This document shows positions 9,879 to 19,540 of a stretch of 64,000 nt of DNA, one piece after another. Below the pieces are notes generated by a model, which saw nothing but the letters and a program-made list of their open reading frames with translations, did no database searches and was not told where the DNA came from. Source of the stretch: an uncultured Bacteroidota bacterium (GTDB taxonomy: Bacteria > Bacteroidota > Ignavibacteria > UBA10030 > UBA8401). The stretch's first letter is position 1; every line of letters begins with the position of its first letter. A program made the position numbers and the translations under genes. Location of the stretch: assembly GCA_963772165.1 (NCBI GenBank), contig CAVYWA010000011.1:101909-165908 (forward strand), written 5' to 3'.

Positions 9879-10224
9879 ACGTACCCCGCGATAGTGTGAA
9901 AGCATAATGCCCCCCCACGGGAAGATAATCTTATTTCGTTTTAGTTAATTCTACGACGGCTATAAGGGAAGTGTAAGAAAATGATATCTGCTTTTCATAC
10001 AGCCTCCCGAATGTACGAAATCAGTGGTAAGAGATGTCTTTGAAAAACTTAGAGAGAAAACGTCATAAAGTCAAATGGGAAATGTGTTGGTCGTCACTAG
10101 AAAACTTCCGAGCTTCTTTATGAGAAGCCCTTAATAAAACAGCGTCGGTTGTTTTTTCAATGAATGCTTTTGGAAAGTTTGCGGCCGAGTGGCGAACGGA
10201 CCAGCGGTTGAAAAGTTGGGAAAG

Positions 10225-11133
10225 CTATTTCAGCCATCGTTCGAAAAATCCGGCGACACGTTCTTCGTACTCTTTTTGAGCGATATTGTGGATGTCGGTA
10301 TGATTCGCTCCGTCGATCAAATACAATTCCTTCGGCTCATGAGCGTTAGCAAAGAGCTGCTCGCTGTACTGATACTTGATCCGCCCATCCTTTTTCCCAT
10401 GAATAAAAAGAATGGGGACATTCACCGTCGCGAGCGAGCGGAGCGGTGATACATCGTGATGGCTGAAATGTGCGATGTGTTCCGACCGTTTCATCGCTAC
10501 GTTCCGGAGAAAATGCCACGGCATCCACAATAAACGTTTCTGGTAATCAACGGTGATGGTTCTCAAACTTGTAAAACACCCCTCCGCAACCACGGCGCTG
10601 ATGCGCGGCTCCACGCCGGCCGCCTGAACGGCAATCGCAGCGCCCATCGACGTTCCGAAGAGGCCTATTTTACCCAGGGCGGATTTCTCCCGTTCTGCCA
10701 ATACATCAATCGCTTTCGACACGTCGAATTTTTCGTAGTATCCGTACGTGCAGTACCGTCCCCCGCTCTTCCCGTGAGCCCGCGAATCGTACATCATGAC
10801 GTTGAAATGCCGCGAATGAAAAACCTGCGCCAGCCGCAGCCCGCTGATCTTGTTGTCGCCGACGCCGTGCATGTAAAAAATCGTCCCATGGACCGGCTCT
10901 TCCGCCGGGATGAACCATGCGTGAAGGCGCTGCTTGTCTCGATTGATGAACCAAAATTCTTCGAAAGAGAGTTGAAGGTCGGCAGGGGAAAGTGGTTCGC
11001 CGCGCTCTTTATAGAACGCTTCGTCGCGGCGGCGCGGGTTCAACACCATAATTGGGCCGATGGCGAAGATCACAAGCGTGGCCGCAAAAGCAAAAGCAAT
11101 AATGGCGAGAAAAAGCCCTGCAATGAAGGTCAT
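10225..11133 (-). CDS. membrane-anchored alpha/beta hydrolase (S33/hydrolase_4-like)
   Basis: N-terminal TM helix. GTSMGAAIA nucleophile elbow. HG oxyanion region (FYMHGVGDN). Catalytic His near the C-terminus (ANHTDIH). Confidence 0.75.
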   Translation of the reverse strand: MTFIAGLFLAIIAFAFAATLVIFAIGPIMVLNPRRRDEAFYKERGEPLSPADLQLSFEEFWFINRDKQRLHAWFIPAEEPVHGTIFYMHGVGDNKISGLRLAQVFHSRHFNVMMYDSRAHGKSGGRYCTYGYYEKFDVSKAIDVLAEREKSALGKIGLFGTSMGAAIAVQAAGVEPRISAVVAEGCFTSLRTITVDYQKRLLWMPWHFLRNVAMKRSEHIAHFSHHDVSPLRSLATVNVPILFIHGKKDGRIKYQYSEQLFANAHEPKELYLIDGANHTDIHNIAQKEYEERVAGFFERWLK

Positions 11134-12284
11134 GCCGCTGCCGTTTTCCTGTAGTGGAGAAGGACGGAATGAAGCGCCGCCGCCTCATCGGGCGAGTTGT
11201 AAAAATGAGGAGAAACGCGAATCATTCCCTCGCGAAGAGAAACGATGATATTTTCTTTTGCCAGGGTATCGAACAATTGTCCGGCGTGGGGGCATTTAAA
11301 TGTGACGATGCCGGCCCGCTTCGAGTGATCCCGTGGTGTGACAACTTCGAAGCCCGCGTCGTCAACAGCCGCGATGACAAGTTCGGTCATTCGGAGAAGA
11401 TGTTCCTGAATGTGAGCGATGCCGACCTCGAGCAACGTTGCTGTCGATTCACATAATGCAACGATGCCGGCATAATTCTGGGTGCCGTTTTCGTAGCGCC
11501 GGGCCGTTTCATCAAAAGCGATTCGATAGTTGAAAAAATCCCCGAAGAAATTTTTATTGCTCGTCCACCCCGCATACGCCTGGTGAATGTGTTGCTGCAA
11601 TTCCTCCGATACATAAATGAAACCGATGCCCATCAACCCCATCAGCCACTTTGGGGCTCCGCATGAAAGGAAATCGATGTTTGCCGACCGCACGCTAAGC
11701 GGCGAGGCGCCGAGCCCCTGAATCGCATCGACGCAGAAAATGATCCCATGTTTTTTACATACCCTGCCGATGGCGTCGAGGTCTGCACGAAAGCCTGTAA
11801 GGAATTGAACAAAGCTCAGGGAGAGAAGCCGTGTCCGGGGAGTGATGAGCTGTTCGATGCGTTCTGCAGTAATTTCTCCGCTTCGTGTTTCGAGAAAATC
11901 GATTTCGACACCATGGCGCCTGAGGTTGATAAACGGGACGATGTTTGACGGAAATTCGCTGTCATTCAGAATAATCCGGTCCCCGGTGTGCCATTCCAAG
12001 CCCGCGGCCAGGACATTCAAACCGTCCGATGTATTTCCGACAAAGGCGATTCGATCTGCCGTTGTGCCGATCATCGTGGCAAGATTCTGCTTCGTTTTTG
12101 CTGCAATCGGAAGCGATGAGACATATGTGTCAATTTCCTCGACCGCACATCGCTGAAGGTAGCGGGCGACGGCGTCACTCACGCGAAGTGAAAGAGGACT
12201 TACCGCCGCATGGTTCATCCAAATTTTTCCAGTGGAAAGAAAAGGGAACCATGAACGATATAAAGAGAGACTGTATTCTTCCAT
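11130..12284 (-). CDS. class V aminotransferase / cysteine-desulfurase-like PLP enzyme
   Basis: 384 aa with the aminotransferase class V fold. Its stop overlaps the hydrolase start by 4 nt (ATGA). Confidence 0.7.
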   Translation of the reverse strand: MEEYSLSLYRSWFPFLSTGKIWMNHAAVSPLSLRVSDAVARYLQRCAVEEIDTYVSSLPIAAKTKQNLATMIGTTADRIAFVGNTSDGLNVLAAGLEWHTGDRIILNDSEFPSNIVPFINLRRHGVEIDFLETRSGEITAERIEQLITPRTRLLSLSFVQFLTGFRADLDAIGRVCKKHGIIFCVDAIQGLGASPLSVRSANIDFLSCGAPKWLMGLMGIGFIYVSEELQQHIHQAYAGWTSNKNFFGDFFNYRIAFDETARRYENGTQNYAGIVALCESTATLLEVGIAHIQEHLLRMTELVIAAVDDAGFEVVTPRDHSKRAGIVTFKCPHAGQLFDTLAKENIIVSLREGMIRVSPHFYNSPDEAAALHSVLLHYRKTAAA

Positions 12285-12357
12285 AAGAAAGTCCGGCCCC
12301 GGGGTGCCTCGACGATAATTTTAATATAATGAGCGATGAAACCTTTAGCAAGCTTGG

Positions 12358-12482
12358 TGGTGTCTCAGTTTGGCTCGAAGAATGTCATGTCCGCGAAAGC
12401 GGGCATCCATATTGATTAAATATAAAAATGGATTCTCGCCGAGTCGAGTCTTCGACCCGCGTCCGCGAGGAATGACAAATTC
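12358..12482. repeat. MITE/REP-like intergenic element, copy B (inverted relative to copy A)
   Basis: The reverse complement aligns with 2175-2278 (AATTTGTCATTCC ... ATATGGATGCCCGCTTTCGCGGACATGACATTCTT...GAGCCAAACTGAG). It sits in the divergent promoter region between the aminotransferase and the GT4 gene. Confidence 0.55.
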
Positions 12483-12574
12483 TGGCACCACCCTTTGATG
12501 GCTGGCTATATGCCCCGACCCGCTGCTCAAGTTTTGATTCTCGTCTCAATCTTTGTATATTTTTTAAAAAAATT

Positions 12575-13723
12575 GTGATGAGCATCTCAGACCGACCTTT
12601 GCGTATCGCTTTAGTGCATGATTGGCTCACCGGTATGCGGGGTGGGGAAAAGTGCTTGGAGGTACTGTGCGAACTTTTCCCGGACGCGCCGATTTACACA
12701 TTGCTCCATGTCAAAGGCGCTATGTCTCCGCTCATCGAATCAAAGACAATTCATACATCGTTCCTGCAGCGCCTTCCGTTTGTCGAACGAAAGTACAGGA
12801 TGTACCTTCCGCTGTTCCCCTTTGCGATTGAAGCTTTCGATTTTTCCGGCTACGATCTCCTTCTCTCGACGAGCCATTGTGTCGCAAAAGGAGCGAAGCC
12901 GCGAAACAATGCGTTGCACCTCTGTTATTGTTTTACTCCGATGCGGTACGTCTATGAAATGTATGATGAGTATTTCGGCAAGGGGCAGGCCGGAATGGCA
13001 ACCCGCATGGCGATGAAGATTGCCGCGCCCCTTCTCAGGGCATGGGATAAAAAAACTGCCGGCCGGGTTCATCATTTTGTCGCGATCTCCGAGCATGTTC
13101 GGCAACGGATCCGCCGCCATTACGGGCGCGATGCGGAGATCATTTTTCCGCCTGTAGATACCGCAAAGTTTCAAGCGTCACGAACCGACGAAGGCTATTA
13201 TTTAATCGTGAGTGCGCTCGTTCCTTACAAAAAAGTTGATCTTGCGGTGAAGGCGTTCAACAAGACCGGGAAGCGGTTGATCGTTGTAGGAAAGGGACCC
13301 GATGAAGAGAAACTTCGGCGGCTTGCAAAGCCCAACGTCGAATTTGTCGGGTGGAAAAGCGATGATGAACTCGCTTCTTTGTATGGAGGCTGCACGGCGT
13401 TAGTGTTTCCCGGAGAAGAAGATTTCGGCATTGTCCCTCTTGAGGCTATGGCGAGCGGAAAGCCTGTTATTGCATATGGAAAGGGCGGCGCGTTGGAAAC
13501 AGTGCGGGATGGTATAACGGGTATTTTTTTTTATGAGCAGACGACCGAAGCTCTGGAAAACGCAGTTTCGAAGACGGTGCAGATGCGGTTCGATCCGGAA
13601 AAAATTCGAAACAGGGCGCTCCAGTTTTCGCGCGGCATCTACAAAGACGCTATGAAGAAGTTTATCGATGAAAAAATAGAAGCTCACGCCAGGGCAATGA
13701 AACATCTGCCGACTGAAGTTTAG
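12575..13723 (+). CDS. glycosyltransferase family 4 (GT-B fold)
   Basis: C-terminal GT4 motif EDFGIVPLEAMASGKPVIA. 382 aa. Confidence 0.8.
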   Translation: MMSISDRPLRIALVHDWLTGMRGGEKCLEVLCELFPDAPIYTLLHVKGAMSPLIESKTIHTSFLQRLPFVERKYRMYLPLFPFAIEAFDFSGYDLLLSTSHCVAKGAKPRNNALHLCYCFTPMRYVYEMYDEYFGKGQAGMATRMAMKIAAPLLRAWDKKTAGRVHHFVAISEHVRQRIRRHYGRDAEIIFPPVDTAKFQASRTDEGYYLIVSALVPYKKVDLAVKAFNKTGKRLIVVGKGPDEEKLRRLAKPNVEFVGWKSDDELASLYGGCTALVFPGEEDFGIVPLEAMASGKPVIAYGKGGALETVRDGITGIFFYEQTTEALENAVSKTVQMRFDPEKIRNRALQFSRGIYKDAMKKFIDEKIEAHARAMKHLPTEV

Positions 13724-13735
13724 GATTGTCACTGT

Positions 13736-15172
13736 ATGAATTCCTTCGCTGCCACTTCTGCGAATCGTCATCTTCTTCTCGGAATTATTGTCGTAGCCGT
13801 TATCCTGCGTGTTGGCACGATAGCATTGTTCCATCCGCCGCTTATTTCGGATGACAAAGACTATGATGCGATTGCGCGGTCGCTTGTACGCGGTGATGGT
13901 TTCACGTTGGATGGCAATCCAACCGCATACCGTCTTCCGGGTTATCCTCTCCTTCTTGCCACCACCTACGCTGTGTTTGGGGACTCGAAGACACCGATAA
14001 GGATGCTCCAAGTGACCGCCGATGTCATTTCTTGTCTCCTGCTATTCGGCATCGGGAAAAAAATGTTTTCCGAAAGAGTCGGGTTGTTGGCGGCGGCGAT
14101 GCTCGCCTTCTTCCCGATACAAATATTGTACGTTTCTCATTTGATGACCGAGACGATCTTTACGACGATCCTGTTGCTCATCGTTTGGATCGTCGTCGGA
14201 GAAAATGAATCGTACGGGCGGGCACAGTGCATTTTTATCGGCGTCTTGACCGGGCTTGGGATGCTCATGCGGACGACCATAGCTTTCATGCCGGTGGTGA
14301 TTTTTTTGTACCGCTGGAGAGCCGGAACCCCTTTGAAAACAAATGTGCGGTGGCTGGCCATTGTTGCCGCAGCGGCGTTCATTACGGTTTCGCCATGGCT
14401 TATCCGAAATTATGCCGTGTTTCACAGGGCGTCGTTTACGAGCAATGCAGGCGTAAATTTCTGGATGGGAAACCATGCAGGGGCAAGCGGTGCATACTCA
14501 TTTCCAAAAGGGAACAATCCTCTTATCGCGGTCCAGGATGATTTTGACCGTTCAGACCTTGGGTTCAAACTCGGCTTTGAGTTTATCCGCACGCATCCGT
14601 TCGAGTCCGTTGTTATAGAGGGGAAAAAGTTTGCTCACTTTTTCGCCGCCGACTACTGGCTTCTCACGACGATGGAGTACAAACCCGAATGGGCCTCCGA
14701 GCAAAATGCTGCAGCAGTATTCGCCCAGCTTTCGATTGTGGACATCCTCATCCTTCACCTGCCGTATGCAGCCGTTCTGCTGTTAGGAACATTCGGGCTG
14801 ATTTGTCCGGCGGGCAACGATGAAAAAAAAATCTTCTTCCTTCGCGCGCTTCTTCTGTACTGGCTTGCCGTTCATTTGGTTTTTTATGCCGACGCTCGTT
14901 ACCGGTTTCCGATAGTGCCGATTTTTGTTCTTGCAGCCGCATACGCATGGTGTATTTTGCGTGAAAAAACTTTTCAACGACCGAAAACGCGATTGCTGGC
15001 CTTCACACTTCTCTGTCTCCTCTATATCGCCGGCTGGCTCGGTGAGGTGATCACCCTTCGCTCAAAAGCGGTCAGCCCCCCATCTGCCCCGGCACAAATT
15101 TTTTTAAAAAGCGAGCAAGGCGATAGTTCCCAGATGCCGGTCTTCCAATCTTCCACCCCAAAAACTCGTTGA
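13736..15172 (+). CDS. polytopic membrane glycosyltransferase, ArnT/PMT (GT39/GT83)-like
   Basis: 478 aa with about 11 TM. The N-terminal region DDKDYDAIARSLVRGDGFTLDGNPTAYRLPGYPLLLA is typical of ArnT/PMT_2 family transferases. Confidence 0.65.
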   Translation: MNSFAATSANRHLLLGIIVVAVILRVGTIALFHPPLISDDKDYDAIARSLVRGDGFTLDGNPTAYRLPGYPLLLATTYAVFGDSKTPIRMLQVTADVISCLLLFGIGKKMFSERVGLLAAAMLAFFPIQILYVSHLMTETIFTTILLLIVWIVVGENESYGRAQCIFIGVLTGLGMLMRTTIAFMPVVIFLYRWRAGTPLKTNVRWLAIVAAAAFITVSPWLIRNYAVFHRASFTSNAGVNFWMGNHAGASGAYSFPKGNNPLIAVQDDFDRSDLGFKLGFEFIRTHPFESVVIEGKKFAHFFAADYWLLTTMEYKPEWASEQNAAAVFAQLSIVDILILHLPYAAVLLLGTFGLICPAGNDEKKIFFLRALLLYWLAVHLVFYADARYRFPIVPIFVLAAAYAWCILREKTFQRPKTRLLAFTLLCLLYIAGWLGEVITLRSKAVSPPSAPAQIFLKSEQGDSSQMPVFQSSTPKTR

Positions 15173-15197
15173 CATTGTAGCACACCTTCAGTATATT
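15169..15197 (+). promoter_or_regulatory. sigma70-like promoter candidate (TTGACA - 17 nt - TATATT) upstream of the M23 peptidase gene
   Basis: Perfect -35 hexamer at 15169-15174, a 17-nt spacer, and -10 TATATT at 15192-15197, about 45 nt before the start at 15240. Confidence 0.35.
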
Positions 15198-15239
15198 TAT
15201 AGTTCAATTCTTGATTTTGTCAAGAAAAATGGCTGGTAA

Positions 15240-16154
15240 TTGATCGGAAAGCCGAAAACGATGTCAGCTGAGCGTGATCATCACAGAACAAAAGAGCACA
15301 AGTTTCAGATTCTCGTCATTCCGCAGGGAGACGCGGGGGAAAAACGGTCGTTCGCTCTCACGACCGGGCGGATCATCGCCATCGTCGGCGGGTTTGTCGC
15401 AGTAATTTTGGTTGCTGTCGTTTTGCTTCTCGGCTACACACCGCTCGGGGTCCTGGTTCCGGTTTCGAACACTGAAATTCAGCAACGCTACGGGATCCAG
15501 TTGTATGAATTACAAACGCGGCTCAGCAAGGTTTCTGAAGAGTTTATTGTTCTACGGGAGTACAATCGCAAGCTGCGGGCTGCTCTCGGTGAAAATTTGA
15601 ATAAAGACACTGTTTCATCTTCAATTGCTTCGAACGAGGAAATTATTGCGCCTCCTCAAGGAGCAGCTCCGGACGCGCAACAGCAAGCTACGGTTGAGCC
15701 TCAACCGAGGACCGAAAATGCGGCGTATGGGTTCACGCCGCAACGTGTGTCGGCAAACAAACCGTTTCAAGCGGCGTTTCCGTTGTACCCTCCCGTGGTC
15801 GGGTATGTTTCCCAGGGGTTTGACGATGCGCGGAAGCATTATGGGATTGATTACGCAGGCCGGCGTGGCTCGATTATTAGTGCGGCAGCCGACGGGTATG
15901 TCATCTTTTCGGGATGGACGTATGACGATGGCAACATGATTATTCTTTCCCATGGCAGCGGCTATTTCACGATCTACAAACATAACCAGTCGCTGCTGAA
16001 ATCTACCAGCGAGTTTGTCAAACGAGGAGAGCCGATAGCCCTTCTCGGAAATTCGGGAAACACGAGCTATGGTCCCCATCTTCATTTCGAGCTGTGGAAG
16101 GACGGCCAGCCGCAAAACCCGGATGAATACATGATAGCAATCGAATCTATGTGA
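15240..16154 (+). CDS. M23 family metallopeptidase (LytM domain) with N-terminal membrane anchor
   Basis: LytM motifs HYGIDYAG...GDGNMIILSHG...GNSGNTSYGPHLHFEL. TM segment IIAIVGGFVAVILVAVVLLLGY. Confidence 0.8.
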   Translation: MIGKPKTMSAERDHHRTKEHKFQILVIPQGDAGEKRSFALTTGRIIAIVGGFVAVILVAVVLLLGYTPLGVLVPVSNTEIQQRYGIQLYELQTRLSKVSEEFIVLREYNRKLRAALGENLNKDTVSSSIASNEEIIAPPQGAAPDAQQQATVEPQPRTENAAYGFTPQRVSANKPFQAAFPLYPPVVGYVSQGFDDARKHYGIDYAGRRGSIISAAADGYVIFSGWTYDDGNMIILSHGSGYFTIYKHNQSLLKSTSEFVKRGEPIALLGNSGNTSYGPHLHFELWKDGQPQNPDEYMIAIESM

Positions 16155-16169
16155 GCAAGGAACGCCGCC

Positions 16170-16538
16170 ATGGCTGAAAAGAATGCTGTAAAAGAGTTGA
16201 ACCTTATCGGTTCAGGAACGACCGTCGAAGGAAAAATCCGGACGCAAGGGAATATTCGAATCGACGGGAAGATGATGGGTGAGCTCCACGCTGCGGAAAA
16301 TGTTGCGGTGGGATTGACCGGCGAAATTGAGGGGAACATCAATGGGAAGAACGTTACCGTCGGCGGAAAGATTCGCGGCAATATTATCGCGGTCGATAAG
16401 CTCGTTTTCGAGGGAAAGGCGGTCGTCCGCGGCGATATTCGGTCCGCACGCCTGGTGATTGACGAAGGGGCGGTCTTCGACGGGAAAATTTCGATGACGG
16501 ATGCGCGTTCTGCGAATCATGACGTCCAAAAATATTAA
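16170..16538 (+). CDS. bactofilin (polymer-forming cytoskeletal protein)
   Basis: 122 aa made of repetitive G/V/I beta-helix rungs (VGLTGEIEGNINGKNVTVGGKIRGNII...), typical of the DUF583/bactofilin domain. Confidence 0.8.
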   Translation: MAEKNAVKELNLIGSGTTVEGKIRTQGNIRIDGKMMGELHAAENVAVGLTGEIEGNINGKNVTVGGKIRGNIIAVDKLVFEGKAVVRGDIRSARLVIDEGAVFDGKISMTDARSANHDVQKY

Positions 16539-16550
16539 GCGCGTGAGACA

Positions 16551-16832
16551 ATGGAACAGCAGGATAAAAAGCTGTTCGAAGGCGCTCGCAATGTGTTCCT
16601 GGATTTCGGTCCGTTTCTAACACTGGGCATTCAACTTGCTTTATCCATTGTTGTCTTTTTTTTCCTCGGGAAATGGCTGGACGGCCGGTTCAACACGTCA
16701 CCGTGGTTGATGTTCATCGGATTACTTTTCGGTGCAGTTGGCGGAATGGTGAAATTCATAACTTCTGTCATGAAGTTAGGTCAACAGCAAGACGCATTGG
16801 ATGCAGAACGAAAACAACACAAGAAAGTTTGA
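16551..16832 (+). CDS. atpZ: AtpZ/ATPase_gene1 family small membrane protein
   Basis: 93 aa with two TM helices (FLTLGIQLALSIVVFFFLGKWLD; WLMFIGLLFGAVGG). It lies directly upstream of atpI/atpB. Confidence 0.55.
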   Translation: MEQQDKKLFEGARNVFLDFGPFLTLGIQLALSIVVFFFLGKWLDGRFNTSPWLMFIGLLFGAVGGMVKFITSVMKLGQQQDALDAERKQHKKV

Positions 16833-17211
16833 TGTCTCTTTTCCACGTCAAATCGCCGTTGTTGTTCTCCTGAGTGCTCTTCTCTCTGTGTATCCGCTTT
16901 TTGCTTTTGCTTCGGCAGAAGTTATTCGCGCTTGCGTTGCAGGGGTGACGATAAGCTTGGCGAACGTGCTGGCCGGTTACGCGGCGATTGAATACTCGAT
17001 CGATAAATCGTATACGGTATTCCTGAAAGTGGTGCTCGGCGGAATGGGGTTTCGAATGCTGGTGATGCTTGGAGCCCTGCTGATGTTGATAGAGGTTTTT
17101 CATTTTCACGCCCTGCCTCTGGTCGTTTCGCTGATGGGATTTTATGTTCTGTTTTTGATTCTCGAAGTGATGTTCATGCAAAAGAAATTGGGCAATAAAA
17201 CCGAAGGATAA
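16801..17211 (+). CDS. atpI: ATP synthase protein I-like membrane protein
   Basis: 136-aa four-TM protein between atpZ and atpB. The start is uncertain; it overlaps atpZ by 32 nt. Confidence 0.5.
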   Translation: MQNENNTRKFDVSFPRQIAVVVLLSALLSVYPLFAFASAEVIRACVAGVTISLANVLAGYAAIEYSIDKSYTVFLKVVLGGMGFRMLVMLGALLMLIEVFHFHALPLVVSLMGFYVLFLILEVMFMQKKLGNKTEG

Positions 17212-17215
17212 TTCA

Positions 17216-18148
17216 GTGGCATCGTTTTTTCTTCTAGACACTCAAGCTGCGGCTCATGCAGCCGCCGATTCTGCCGCCGTTATCGCCGACACTGCCCGCG
17301 TTTCCGCTGTGCATGAGGAGAGCGAAAATCTTTTCACGCATCTTCTTAAACACGTTCAGGATGCGCACGAGCTCGAGACCCCGTTCGGACGCATCGAGCT
17401 TCCGCATCTTCACCTTTTCGGGATCGACATGTCGATAACGAAACACGTTGTTTTTTTATGGCTCGCCGCGGTCATGCTCATCGTTATCCTGGCCGTTGTT
17501 GCGCGGAAAAATAAAAAGCATGCCGTTCCGACAGGCTTCGGCAACCTTATCGAAGTTTTCGTCGTTTTTGTCCGCGATGAGATCGCACTCCCTAATATGG
17601 GGCCGGGCGGACTTAAATATCTTCCGTACCTGTTGACAACTTTCTTTTTTATCCTTTTGATGAACTTGCTGGGGCTCGTACCCTACGGCGCTTCGGCCAC
17701 TGGAAACGTCAGCGTGACCGCTGGCCTTGCGGTGATTGCCTATATCATGATCCAGGCGTCTGCGATTCGCACACAGGGTCTCGTCCATTATTTTGAGCAT
17801 TTTACCGGCGGCGTCCATTGGATCTTATGGCCTATCATGGTTCCGATCGAAATTCTCGGAACGTTCACCAAAGCTTTTGCATTGTGTGTTCGTTTGTTCG
17901 CGAATATGACTGCCGGCCACATCGTTATCGTATCACTGCTCGGATTGATCTTTGTGTTTGGGAAATTATCTCCGGCGCTGGGATACACAGTCTCGGTACC
18001 GTCCGTCCTTTTCACACTCGGGATCGATCTTCTTGAGCTTTTTGTTGCGTTCCTCCAGGCATATATTTTTACAATGCTGACGTCGCTCTTTATGGGGCTC
18101 GGGATGCAGGTTGAAAGCCATGACGCCCATGAAGAACATGCGCACTAA
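17216..18148 (+). CDS. atpB: F0F1 ATP synthase subunit a
   Basis: Conserved a-subunit helices, including the Arg-containing LCVRLFANMTAGH motif. The long N-terminal extension is typical of Chlorobi/Bacteroidetes-type a subunits. Confidence 0.9.
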   Translation: MASFFLLDTQAAAHAAADSAAVIADTARVSAVHEESENLFTHLLKHVQDAHELETPFGRIELPHLHLFGIDMSITKHVVFLWLAAVMLIVILAVVARKNKKHAVPTGFGNLIEVFVVFVRDEIALPNMGPGGLKYLPYLLTTFFFILLMNLLGLVPYGASATGNVSVTAGLAVIAYIMIQASAIRTQGLVHYFEHFTGGVHWILWPIMVPIEILGTFTKAFALCVRLFANMTAGHIVIVSLLGLIFVFGKLSPALGYTVSVPSVLFTLGIDLLELFVAFLQAYIFTMLTSLFMGLGMQVESHDAHEEHAH

Positions 18149-18204
18149 AATTCTAGAGATCATCGTTCACTATTTACACCATTTACACTTATAGGAGAAA
18201 TATA

Positions 18205-18462
18205 ATGGAAGCAAATCCAATTGAAGTCGCGAAAGCCGTAGCAACACAGTGGGGATATTTAGCAGCCGGATTCGGCGCCGCCATCACCGTTGTCGGAGCG
18301 GGCCTTGGAATCGGCAAGCTCGCCGCAGCGGCGATGGAAGCCAGCGGCCGTCAGCCGGAAGTTGCCGGCCAGGTCAGAACGTCGATGTTGATTGCAGCAG
18401 CGCTTATTGAAGGAGTCACCTTTTTTGCGCTGGCGATCTGCATTATTCTTGCAACCAAGTAA
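18205..18462 (+). CDS. atpE: F0F1 ATP synthase subunit c
   Basis: 85-aa hairpin proteolipid with G-rich helix 1 (GAGLGIGKLAAAAMEA). SD sequence taggag lies upstream. Confidence 0.9.
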   Translation: MEANPIEVAKAVATQWGYLAAGFGAAITVVGAGLGIGKLAAAAMEASGRQPEVAGQVRTSMLIAAALIEGVTFFALAICIILATK

Positions 18463-18480
18463 AACTCAACAGGGATCGAT

Positions 18481-18966
18481 ATGTTAGACATCAATCCGGG
18501 ACTCATCCTCTGGACGATCATTACCTTTATTCTCCTGCTCTTCATCCTTGGCAAGGTAGCGTGGAAGCCGCTGATGAGCGCTTTACAGGCGCGGGAGCAA
18601 GGCATCCGCGATGCACTCCTCAAGGCTGAAGAAGCGAGAAAGGAATCTGAACGGCTGCTTGCGGAAAACACGATGGCAGTGAAGCGGGCGAACGAAGAAA
18701 CATCGCGCATTCTCAAAGAAGGACGCGACTTAGCCGAACAGATGAAGAATGAAATTGTTGCCAAAGCCCACGAAAGCACAAAAACGATGATGGAAGAGGC
18801 GAAAGAAGATATCCAACGCGAAAAGGAAACAGCACTTCTTCAATTGAAGAACGAAGTTGCCGACCTTGCGGTGAATGCCGCCGAAAAGATCATCGATGAA
18901 ACGCTTGATGAGGCAAAACAAAAAAAACTCGTTGACAAAGTCCTCCAATCGCTCCCGAAGAATTGA
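18481..18966 (+). CDS. atpF: F0F1 ATP synthase subunit b
   Basis: N-terminal TM helix followed by a long charged coiled coil. Position in the operon. Confidence 0.85.
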   Translation: MLDINPGLILWTIITFILLLFILGKVAWKPLMSALQAREQGIRDALLKAEEARKESERLLAENTMAVKRANEETSRILKEGRDLAEQMKNEIVAKAHESTKTMMEEAKEDIQREKETALLQLKNEVADLAVNAAEKIIDETLDEAKQKKLVDKVLQSLPKN

Positions 18967-19520
18967 TGAGTAACCTGAGAGTTGCAAAACGATACGCGTC
19001 CGCTTTGATGGCGTTGACCGGTGAAGCGAAGAAACCCGAGGCAATCGCCGACGACCTGTTGACAGTTCAATCGACGGTCAAGTCGTCCAGAGAGCTCCGT
19101 TCGCTATTGGCAAGCCCCGTTGTTTCAAAGGAAAAGAAAAAGGCCGTGATAGCAGAAATTTTCGGCAAAAAAATCGGCGCGGCGGTGAATCAATATCTTG
19201 CTGCGATCATAGAAAAAAGGCGCGAAGACGTTTTACCCGAAGTGCTCGAACAATATTTTCTCCTTCGGGACGAACAGCTCGGCATCGTTTCGGTTGATGT
19301 CCGTTCGGCAGTAAAGTTTTCTGCAGAGCAGGAAAAATCATTGATACGGCAATTGGAATCGTATACACAAAAGAAAGTCCGTGTCTCGTTCAGCCTCGAC
19401 AAAATTCTCAAGGGAGGCTTCGTTGCAAAAGTTGGGGACACAACACTGGATGGAAGCATCCGTCGCCAGCTTGAGCTTTTACGCTCACGGCTGAAAGACG
19501 GTTCTGTCTCGAAGAATTAA
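18963..19520 (+). CDS. atpH: F0F1 ATP synthase subunit delta
   Basis: Begins [10 protein letters not shown], the OSCP/delta N-terminal signature. Overlaps the atpF stop by 4 nt. Confidence 0.85.
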   Translation: MMSNLRVAKRYASALMALTGEAKKPEAIADDLLTVQSTVKSSRELRSLLASPVVSKEKKKAVIAEIFGKKIGAAVNQYLAAIIEKRREDVLPEVLEQYFLLRDEQLGIVSVDVRSAVKFSAEQEKSLIRQLESYTQKKVRVSFSLDKILKGGFVAKVGDTTLDGSIRRQLELLRSRLKDGSVSKN

Positions 19521-19540
19521 TTTTTTTATCAAACAAGGAT

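Noticed and set aside
12345-12530. 61-aa ORF, and the related 2072-2371 ORF, sharing MDA(H/R)FRGHD
   Set aside because: Both are translations of the MITE/REP-like repeat hairpin, not genes.
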